Of a stretch of DNA of 64,000 bases, positions 57,104 through 64,000 are shown piece after piece. The position numbers and the translations under genes are program-made. A model generated the notes under the pieces. It did no database searches and was not told the DNA's origin. It saw nothing but the letters and a program-made list of their open reading frames with translations. Positions within the stretch are counted from its first letter, which is position 1; each line of letters begins with the position of its first letter. Origin of the DNA: Anaerolineae bacterium (lineage in GTDB: Bacteria > Chloroflexota > Anaerolineae > SpSt-313); assembly GCA_034428955.1 (NCBI GenBank), contig DAOUGZ010000244.1, positions 1,607 to 65,606 on the forward strand. The letters run 5' to 3'.

Positions 57104-57165
57104 GGCAGGTACTCCTTTCCTTGCCCAGGCCTGAGCCGTTGCAGAGCTTTGGGCCGGCGGAAATG

Positions 57166-57208
57166 CAAAACCTCCCCCTCGCGACTGTGATACCGCTGGG
57201 GGGAGGTG
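57166..57208 (-). terminator. Terminator-like hairpin downstream of the tRNA
   Basis: CCTCCCCC...GGGGGAGG arms followed by TTTTGC on the minus strand. Confidence 0.5.
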
Positions 57209-57220
57209 ACCATTCTGTTA

Positions 57221-57295
57221 TGGTACCCCTGGGGCGACTCGAACGCCCGCGCACGGCTCCGGAGGCCGCTGCTCTATCCACTGAGCTACAGGGGC
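57221..57295 (-). tRNA. tRNA-Arg (anticodon CCG)
   Basis: Reverse complement GCCCCTGTAGCTCAGTGGATAGAGCAGCGGCCT-CCG-GAGCCGTGCGCGGGCGTTCGAGTCGCCCCAGGGGTACCA: cloverleaf, GTTCGA T-loop, encoded CCA. Confidence 0.97.
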
Positions 57296-57307
57296 TCAAC
57301 GAGGCAT

Positions 57308-57336
57308 AGTGTACCACAACCGCCCGCTCGGGTCAA
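57308..57336 (-). promoter_or_regulatory. tRNA promoter
   Basis: TTGACC (57336-57331), 17 nt, TG-G-TACACT (57313-57308). Confidence 0.75.
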
Positions 57337-57493
57337 ACATGCGGCGGGTCGGCATCTGGGCTATCTTGGGCATGTGTTGCCGGTGTTGGTAGGTGGCGTC
57401 AGGCAGCGCTGCGGCGCAAGGGGTCAGGGCTCTCGCCCTTGCACGGGGCGAGGGCCTTTTGCTGCCCTCACGCTGTAGGAAGGAGGCGGCCGC

Positions 57494-57898
57494 GTGGCGC
57501 ATCGGCTGGTTCTGCATTTCGATGGTGGGAGTCGTGGAAACCCCGGCCCGGGCTATGGGAGCTATGTCCTCGTTGATGGCGACCGCGAGTTGGCGCGTCG
57601 GCGGCTTGACCTGGGGCTGCGCATGACGAACAACGAGGCGGAGTATGAAACGCTCATCGCCGGGCTGGCAGACACGCTGCATTGGCTCGAGGGCCGGTGC
57701 ATAGAGCCGTCGCAGGTGCGGCTCCAAGTGCGGGGCGATAGCCAGCTCGTGCTCCGCCAGCTCGCGGGTACCTGGAAATCCCGCGAGCCGCGGATGGCTG
57801 CCCTGCGCGATCGCGCACTGGCCCTTCTGCGTCGCTTTGGATGCTATGACCTGCGCCACGTCCCGCGGCAGGAGAGCGTGGAGCTATTGGGGCATTGA
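57494..57898 (+). CDS. rnhA: Ribonuclease HI-like protein (short type-1 RNase H as in actinobacteria/archaea)
   Basis: FDGGSRGNPG.G.G, TNNEAEY..LI.GL, V.GDSQLV..Q..G.WK, HVPR.. Confidence 0.88.
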   Translation: MAHRLVLHFDGGSRGNPGPGYGSYVLVDGDRELARRRLDLGLRMTNNEAEYETLIAGLADTLHWLEGRCIEPSQVRLQVRGDSQLVLRQLAGTWKSREPRMAALRDRALALLRRFGCYDLRHVPRQESVELLGH

Positions 57899-57939
57899 CG
57901 GCCGACTACATGGGAACGGCCGGCATGGGAGGCAGCGGC

Positions 57940-60900
57940 ATGTTCAGGCCGGCATCGAGCAAGGTGGACTGGTTGGCGATGGAGGAGGGCATCCTGCGTT
58001 TTTGGCGGGAGCATGATACCTTCGCCAAGAGCCTCAAACAGCGGCAGGGGGCGCCGCGCTACGTCTTCTATGAGGGGCCACCCACGGCCAACGGGCGACC
58101 CCATGTGGGGCACGTCCAAACGCGGGTGATCAAGGACCTGATCCCGCGCTATCGGACGATGAAGGGAGCCTATGTCCTGCGCAAGGCCGGCTGGGACTGC
58201 CACGGTCTCCCGGTCGAGATCGAGGTGGAAAAGGAGCTTGGCTTCGCGGGCAAGCAGGCCATCGAGGCTTATGGCGTCGCCCGCTTCAACGAGCGCTGTC
58301 GGGCCTCCGTCTTTCGCTATGTGGACGAGTGGCGCCGCCTGACGGAGCGCATCGGCTTCTGGATCGACCTGGACCGCCCCTACATCACGATGGACAACGA
58401 CTATATCGAATCCGTTTGGTGGGCACTAAAGCGCCTCTGGGAAGGGGGGCTGCTCTATCAGGGTTATCGGGTCATGCCCTACTGCCCACGCTGCGGCACT
58501 GCCCTTTCGGACCACGAGGTCGCCCAGGGCTACGAGGAGGCGGAGGATCCCTCAGCCTACGTCCAGTTCCCCGTGTGTGGCGAGCCCGACACCTTTTTCC
58601 TCGCCTGGACCACTACCCCTTGGACCCTCCCCGCCAACGTGGCCCTGGCCGTGAATCCTGAGGTGCGCTATGCGCTGGCTGAACAGGACGGCCTGCGGCT
58701 GATCCTGGCTGAGGATCTGCTGGGGGAGGCGCTGCGGGGCGAATACCGCGTGCTGGAGACGATGTACGGCCGTACGCTCTTGGGTCGGCATTATGAGCCA
58801 CTCTATCGCTTCTTGCCCGTCGAGCAGGACTATGCCTATGTTATCGCGGGCGATTTTGTAACCACTGAGGAGGGTACGGGGATCGTGCACATCGCGCCGG
58901 CCTTTGGGGGCGATGACCTGGCCGTTGCCGAAAAGCACGACCTGCCCGTGCTGCAGACGGTGGATGCGGCGGGGCGCTTTGTCGACGCGGTAGAGCCGTG
59001 GCGTGGGCTGTTCGTGAAGGATGTCGACCCGCTGATCGAGGAGGACTTGCGCCGGCGCGGTCTGCTCTACCACTTGGGGCGCCACAGGCACAGCTACCCC
59101 TTTTGCTGGCGCTGCCACGCCTCGCTGCTCTACTACGCTCAGACGACCTGGCTAATAAAGACGACCGCCATCCGCGACGAGCTGGTAGCCACGAACCAGG
59201 GGATCAACTGGTACCCGGAGCATATCAGGGAGGGACGCTTTGGCAACTGGCTGGCCAACAACATCGACTGGGCGCTGGGCCGCGAGCGCTATTGGGGTAC
59301 GCCCCTGCCGGTTTGGCAGTGCGATAGCTGTCGCGAGCAGGAGGCCATCGGCAGCGTGGCCGAACTCGCGGAGCGCTGCGGCTGCTCCCTGGATGGCCTC
59401 GACCTGCACCGGCCCTATGTCGATGAGGTGGTGTTCGCTTGCCAATGCGGGGGCCGGATGCACCGCGTGCCTGAGGTCATCGACTCCTGGTTCGACTCGG
59501 GCTCTATGCCCTTCGCCCAGTGGCATTACCCCTTTGAGAACGCCGAACGCTTTGCTGAGCAGTACCCGGCCGATTTCATCTCTGAAGCCGTGGATCAGAC
59601 CCGCGGCTGGTTCTACACTCTGCATGCTATCTCGAACCTGCTGTTTGGGCAGGCCGGTTATCGCAACTGCTTGGTTCAGGGGCTGGTGCTGGATGCCGAG
59701 GGGCGCAAGATGTCCAAGTCTCTGGGCAACGTCACCAGCCCGTGGGAGGTGCTGGAGGCATACGGCGCCGATCCGCTGCGCTGGTATCTGTGCGCGGTGG
59801 CAGCCCCCTGGGCGGAGAAGCGCTTTTCGGTGGACCTGGTGGGTGAAGCCTACCGCAGGTTCTTGCTGACGCTGTGGAATACCTATGCTTTCTTTGTCAC
59901 CTATGCCAACATCGATGGCTACAGGCCGGGGACACAGCCGACCCCGGTTTGCGAGCGCCCGCTCCTGGATCGATGGGTCCTCTCGGAGCTGAACTCGCTG
60001 GTCGAGATAGTAGACGACGGCCTGGCACGTTATGATATCACCGGCAGCGCGCGGCGCATCGCCGAGTTCGTGGATGACCTCTCGAACTGGTACGTGCGCC
60101 GGTCGCGCCGCCGCTTCTGGAAGAGCGAGCATGACACCGACAAGGTGGCTGCCTACGACACGCTCTACGCCTGCCTGACCACGCTGGCCGGCCTGCTGGC
60201 GCCGTTTACCCCCTTTGTGGCCGAGGAGATATACCGGAATCTGATCTGTTCGGTTGATGCTCGTGCACCGGAGAGCATACATCTCACTCTCTTCCCGGCT
60301 GCGGACCCCGGTTTGATTGATCGCGAACTGATGGCGGGTATGCGCCTGGCGCTGCGCCTGGCCAGCCTGGGCCATGCTGCGCGCAACAAGGCCGGGATCA
60401 AGCTGCGCCAGCCCCTCGCTGAGGCCGTGGTGCGCCTGGCGGCGCGCGCCGAGCGACCCCAGGTGGAGCGTTTCGCCGACCTCATCGCTGATGAGTTGAA
60501 CGTCAAGGCGTTGCGTGTGGCCGAGGACGAGGGTGCGCTGGTGGCCTACGAGGTGCGGCCCCTGCCGGCCGTACTGGGCAAGCGCTTCGGTCCGCTCTTT
60601 CCCACGATCCGCGCATTGGCCATTGAGCGAAGCGCAGAGTTGGGGCCGCAGCTTCGCGCCGGCCGCTCTGTGACCCTGTTGGTGGAGGGGCGGGAGGTCA
60701 CACTGGTGCCGGAAGAGGTCGAGGTGCGGCTGGTTGAGAGGGAGGGGTACAGCGTTGCCGAGGAGGGTGGCTACCTGGTGGCCGTTTCTACGCTGATTGG
60801 TGATGCCCTGCGCCGGGAGGGACTGGCCCGAGAGGTCGTGCGCCGCATCCAGGTCATGCGCAAGGACGCCGACCTGCGCATCGAGGAGCCGATCGAGACC

Positions 60901-61086
60901 TATTTCCAGGCCGCCGGCGAACTGCGTCGTGTACTGGAGGATTGGGCCGGTTACGTCGGCCAAGAGACGCTCTCGCGGCGCCTGTTGGAGGGCGAGCCGC
61001 CACCCGGCGCCTATGTCGAGCGCCAACGCGTCGACGGACAGGAAGTGGTTCTCGGCATCGTCCCGGCAGGTGTGGCGGAGGCATAA
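57940..61086 (+). CDS. ileS: Isoleucine-tRNA ligase, type 2 (IleRS2)
   Basis: FYEGPPTANG.PHVGH, GWDCHGLPVE, WTTTPWTLP.N.AL, DW...R.RYWGTP.P, DQTRGWFY.L, GRKMSKS.GN; IleRS2-type C-terminus (EG.AREVVRRIQ.MRK) with no zinc finger. Confidence 0.97.
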   Translation: MFRPASSKVDWLAMEEGILRFWREHDTFAKSLKQRQGAPRYVFYEGPPTANGRPHVGHVQTRVIKDLIPRYRTMKGAYVLRKAGWDCHGLPVEIEVEKELGFAGKQAIEAYGVARFNERCRASVFRYVDEWRRLTERIGFWIDLDRPYITMDNDYIESVWWALKRLWEGGLLYQGYRVMPYCPRCGTALSDHEVAQGYEEAEDPSAYVQFPVCGEPDTFFLAWTTTPWTLPANVALAVNPEVRYALAEQDGLRLILAEDLLGEALRGEYRVLETMYGRTLLGRHYEPLYRFLPVEQDYAYVIAGDFVTTEEGTGIVHIAPAFGGDDLAVAEKHDLPVLQTVDAAGRFVDAVEPWRGLFVKDVDPLIEEDLRRRGLLYHLGRHRHSYPFCWRCHASLLYYAQTTWLIKTTAIRDELVATNQGINWYPEHIREGRFGNWLANNIDWALGRERYWGTPLPVWQCDSCREQEAIGSVAELAERCGCSLDGLDLHRPYVDEVVFACQCGGRMHRVPEVIDSWFDSGSMPFAQWHYPFENAERFAEQYPADFISEAVDQTRGWFYTLHAISNLLFGQAGYRNCLVQGLVLDAEGRKMSKSLGNVTSPWEVLEAYGADPLRWYLCAVAAPWAEKRFSVDLVGEAYRRFLLTLWNTYAFFVTYANIDGYRPGTQPTPVCERPLLDRWVLSELNSLVEIVDDGLARYDITGSARRIAEFVDDLSNWYVRRSRRRFWKSEHDTDKVAAYDTLYACLTTLAGLLAPFTPFVAEEIYRNLICSVDARAPESIHLTLFPAADPGLIDRELMAGMRLALRLASLGHAARNKAGIKLRQPLAEAVVRLAARAERPQVERFADLIADELNVKALRVAEDEGALVAYEVRPLPAVLGKRFGPLFPTIRALAIERSAELGPQLRAGRSVTLLVEGREVTLVPEEVEVRLVEREGYSVAEEGGYLVAVSTLIGDALRREGLAREVVRRIQVMRKDADLRIEEPIETYFQAAGELRRVLEDWAGYVGQETLSRRLLEGEPPPGAYVERQRVDGQEVVLGIVPAGVAEA

Positions 61087-61191
61087 GTGCGCTGGGGCAG
61101 CCTTGGCCCACTGCTGAGAGCTCTGTGGCTGTGCCTGCACAGATGACATAAGCGTGTTTCTGGATGAGCCTTACCTGGGGCTTGAACCTGC

Positions 61192-61220
61192 TTGCTTTGG
61201 AGGGCAGAATCGGCTACAAT
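61192..61220 (+). promoter_or_regulatory. Promoter for dksA-like-lspA-rluD
   Basis: TTGCTT (61192-61197), 17 nt, TACAAT (61215-61220). Confidence 0.55.
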
Positions 61221-61273
61221 CCCTCCATCGCGCTCCACGGGTCTGCCGTGGGAGCAGGATGAGGTGCTGACGT

Positions 61274-61654
61274 ATGACCCGCAAGGGGGACAACGTCGCT
61301 GCTCTGCGTCGACGGCTGGAGGCGGACCATCGGCGCTTACTCTCAGAGGTCCGCCGGCTTGCCGGAGAACGTGTGGAGCAGGTCGGCCATGCGAACCACA
61401 TGGCCGAGGGTGCCAGCGATGCCTTTGAGCAGGCCAAGAGCTTGACTCTCTGTGGGCACTTTGAGAGTTTGCTGGCGGAGGTGCGCGGAGCCCTCCGGCG
61501 GCTCGACGAAGGAACGTACGGCCTGTGCCAGTCTTGCGGCCAGGCCATCGATGCGGCGCGGTTGGAGGCGCTTCCGTACGCCTCTCTCTGCTTCAGATGC
61601 CAGGCTAGTGCCGAGCAGCGCAGGCGCCCGCTGCGCCAGTCTCTGGCCTCCTGA
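61274..61654 (+). CDS. TraR/DksA C4 zinc-finger protein
   Basis: Coiled coil with NHMAE.ASD.FE, AL.R...GTYG.CQSCG..I...RL.A.P.A..C..CQ. Confidence 0.9.
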   Translation: MTRKGDNVAALRRRLEADHRRLLSEVRRLAGERVEQVGHANHMAEGASDAFEQAKSLTLCGHFESLLAEVRGALRRLDEGTYGLCQSCGQAIDAARLEALPYASLCFRCQASAEQRRRPLRQSLAS

Positions 61655-61717
61655 CTGCGCCTGCCGGATAGATAACGCCCCTGTACAGTGGCTTACCAGA
61701 TGGGAGAGAATCGACCG

Positions 61718-62248
61718 ATGTCTATGCTGCGCAGCAAATGGCGCGAGGTCCTGATCGTCGCCGTGGCGGCGCTTGCCTTGGGCCTTGATCAGTTGAGCAA
61801 GGCCGCTGTCGTGCGCCATCTCGCGCCGCAGGTGCCCTGGAACCCAATCGACTGGCTGCGCCCGATCGTCAGCCTGACCTATGTGACCAACACGGGGGCT
61901 GCTTTTGGGCTCTTCCCCCAGTTGGGCAGCCTGTACATCGTCCTGGTGCCGGCCATCGTGGTGGCGCTGCTGGTCTTCTACCGGCGCTTTGCGCTCTCGA
62001 GCTGGCTGATGCGGGTCTCTTTGGGCTTGCAGTTGGGTGGCGCCCTGGGCAATCTGATCGACCGTGTGCGGCTCGGCCATGTCATCGACTTTATCGACTT
62101 TAAGGTCTGGCCTGTGTTCAACGTGGCCGACTCTTGTGTCGTGGTCGGTGTGGTCATATTGGCCATCTTGATGCTACGCCAAGCCCCGGAGGAAGCGCCG
62201 CAACTCCGGGGGCAGAGCCAGAGCCAGGGGTTGAGCCTGGAGGAGTAG
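61718..62248 (+). CDS. lspA: Signal peptidase II
   Basis: DQLSK, NTGAAFG, GGALGNLIDR...G.VIDFID, WPVFNVADS. Confidence 0.95.
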   Translation: MSMLRSKWREVLIVAVAALALGLDQLSKAAVVRHLAPQVPWNPIDWLRPIVSLTYVTNTGAAFGLFPQLGSLYIVLVPAIVVALLVFYRRFALSSWLMRVSLGLQLGGALGNLIDRVRLGHVIDFIDFKVWPVFNVADSCVVVGVVILAILMLRQAPEEAPQLRGQSQSQGLSLEE

Positions 62249-62254
62249 GGGCCG

Positions 62255-63184
62255 GTGGCTGCTGTGCAGATGATAGAGCGCCTGCAGGTGATGGCGGAGG
62301 AGGCGGGCGAGCGACTCGACCGCTTCGTCGTAGCTCACCTGGCCCCCGCGCTCTCCCGTGCGGCTGTCCAGCGGCTGATCGAGAGCGGCGACATCCTGGT
62401 CAACCACGCGACGGCCAAGCCCAGTTACCGTGTCGAGGAGGGCGACGTCGTTGAGGTTAGCATGCCCGAGCCGGCGGCCGCCGAGCCCACAGCCGAGGCG
62501 ATGCAGCTAGACGTTGTCTATGAGGACGAGGCGCTGGCCGTGATCAACAAGCCGGCCGGGCTGGTGGTACACCCTGCTCACGGTCACGCTGCCGGGACGC
62601 TGCTGAACGGCCTCCTGGCGCGCTACCCGGAACTCCGTTCCTGGCCGGCGGAGGAAGGCTTTCCGGGCCTCGTCCACCGGTTGGACCGTGATACGTCGGG
62701 GCTCTTGGTCGTGGCGCGCAAGCCGGCCGTCCGCGCGGCTCTGCGTGCCCAGTTCAAGGCTACCCAGGTGCACAAGGTCTACTTGGCTCTGGTCATCGGC
62801 CGGCCGGAGCTCGAGTTGGCGCGGATCGAGGCCCCCATTGGGCGCGATCCGCAACAGCGCAAGCGAATGGCCGTGTTGCCCGAGGGCGGCAAGCGCGCCA
62901 TGACCGAATACCGCGTCCTCGAGCGCCTGGGCGATTATACCCTCCTGGAGGTACGCCCCGAGACTGGGCGAACCCACCAAATCCGGGTTCACCTGGCTGC
63001 CATCGGATACCCCGTTGTCGGAGACCGCGTCTACGGTCCGCAGCGCCAGCGCCTGGCGCTTGGTCGCCTGTTTCTGCACGCGGCGCAACTGACCTTCCGC
63101 CATCCTGTTAGCGGCCAGGAAGTGACCTTTGAGGCCCCACTTCCTCCAGAGCTACAGGCCGTTCTCACGAGGCTCCGCGCCTAA
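62255..63184 (+). CDS. rluD: RluA/RluD-family pseudouridine synthase (S4 domain)
   Basis: RLD.FV, SR...Q.LI..G, NKPAGLVVHP, GLVHRLDRDTSG, K.Y.ALV, TGRTHQIRVH, GD..YG, LHA..L.F.HP. Confidence 0.93.
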   Translation: MAAVQMIERLQVMAEEAGERLDRFVVAHLAPALSRAAVQRLIESGDILVNHATAKPSYRVEEGDVVEVSMPEPAAAEPTAEAMQLDVVYEDEALAVINKPAGLVVHPAHGHAAGTLLNGLLARYPELRSWPAEEGFPGLVHRLDRDTSGLLVVARKPAVRAALRAQFKATQVHKVYLALVIGRPELELARIEAPIGRDPQQRKRMAVLPEGGKRAMTEYRVLERLGDYTLLEVRPETGRTHQIRVHLAAIGYPVVGDRVYGPQRQRLALGRLFLHAAQLTFRHPVSGQEVTFEAPLPPELQAVLTRLRA

Positions 63185-63328
63185 CCCGCTACCTCGCACT
63201 CCTCCGGCTATCATATACCGCCCGTAACGCACCGTGGCGCTGTATCGGCCCTGCCTGGGTTGGCGGCGCCCACTATCGTCTGGGCCAGTAAGAAGCAACA
63301 TGGACTACAATCAGAAGGAGACTCCGCC

Positions 63329-64000
63329 ATGCGTGAAGTGACCGTCGCCGTCGTACAGATGGCGCCCGAGCTGACCAAGGTCGGCGAGAACCTCAAACGG
63401 ATGATCGACATCACCGACGAAATCTGCCGGGCGCAGAAAACGGACATCATCATCTTCCCCGAGTTGATCACCACCGGCTACGAGTGCGGCGTGCGCTTCA
63501 CAGACCTCGCCGAGCGCATCCCCGGGCCGGCCGTGAACATTATCGCCGAGCAGGCCAAGGACTATAACACCTTTATTGCCTTTGGCATGGTCGAGAAGCA
63601 CCGCGTCGAGAGCGTACTCTACAACGCGGCCGTCCTGATAGACAACGAAGGCGAAATCGCTTATACCTACCGCAAGGCGCATCTCAAGGGCGAAGAGCGC
63701 CTGGCCTTCCGCCCCGGCTTTAAGAACCTGGCGGTAGAGACGCCCTTCGGGCAGGTGGGCCTGCTCTTGGGCTGGGACCTGGCCTTCCCCGAAGCGGCGC
63801 GTTGCCTGACCTTGCAGGGTGTCGATCTGCTCTGCGTGCTGGCCAACTGGGAGAATCCCAACGCCGCCGAGTGGCGCGCCTATATCACCGCGCGTGCTTT
63901 TGAGAACGCCATCTTTGTGGCTGCCGCCAACCGCTTGGGGGAGGAATACACCATTTCCTTCTTTGGCGATAGCCTGATCATGGGGCCACGCGGCGAGGTG
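63329..64000 (+). CDS. Carbon-nitrogen hydrolase (nitrilase superfamily), truncated by window end; catalytic Cys replaced by Gly
   Basis: Not in the ORF track because it has no stop. ATG after AAGGAG; VAVVQM, IFPE (E45), YNAAV, YRKAHL (K116), GLLLGWDLAFPE (G148 where C is expected), ARA.EN..FV..AN..G, F.G.S.I.GP.GE. Confidence 0.9.
   Translation, partial: MREVTVAVVQMAPELTKVGENLKRMIDITDEICRAQKTDIIIFPELITTGYECGVRFTDLAERIPGPAVNIIAEQAKDYNTFIAFGMVEKHRVESVLYNAAVLIDNEGEIAYTYRKAHLKGEERLAFRPGFKNLAVETPFGQVGLLLGWDLAFPEAARCLTLQGVDLLCVLANWENPNAAEWRAYITARAFENAIFVAAANRLGEEYTISFFGDSLIMGPRGEV

Noticed and set aside
54903-57295. Integrated island at the tRNA-Arg 3' end
   Set aside because: No integrase and no duplicated tRNA 3' end (att site) seen in the window; the genes are small and ordinary-looking.
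59152-61149. Long antisense ORFs (e.g. 59152..61149-, 3903..5528-, 680..1675-, 5525..6667-, 32590..33756+, 18305..19339+)
   Set aside because: Shadow frames opposite well-supported genes, expected in GC-rich DNA; no motifs or RBS.

Overview
GC-rich bacterial chromosomal segment, most likely Chloroflexota (Anaerolineae-like). That placement is inferred from gene content: Tad/DUF192 locus, LPxTG and 'YLxLPxVxR'-type protein tails, type-2 IleRS, and an archaeal-type mevalonate module. About 60 CDSs, mostly housekeeping (rnz, rseP, tldD/pmbA, radC, mutM, secA, thyX, lpdA, rnhA, ileS, lspA, rluD), plus one tRNA-Arg(CCG). No CRISPR array, integrase or transposase was found. Most notable: (1) a translationally coupled UbiD-AcnX(large)-AcnX(small)-IPK operon, i.e. 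the lower half of the archaeal 'modified' mevalonate pathway in a bacterium; (2) a chbG / GH4 6-phospho-beta-glucosidase / BadF kinase / RifK-like aminotransferase operon suggesting an undescribed amino-sugar glycoside pathway; (3) a five-gene biotin carboxyl-transfer/Na+-pump module in which the 5S-type subunit carries a delta/epsilon-like docking tail; (4) a nitrilase-fold protein whose catalytic Cys is replaced by Gly; (5) several structured intergenic regions, including a 30-bp hairpin whose non-Watson-Crick pairs are all G.U on one strand, a ~320-nt promoter-driven leader before thyX, and a 39-bp direct repeat before the tad operon; (6) three different C-terminal sorting-type tails. All family assignments come from motif recognition by eye; no database search or folding program was run. 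Start codons are best estimates from RBS position and motif extent.
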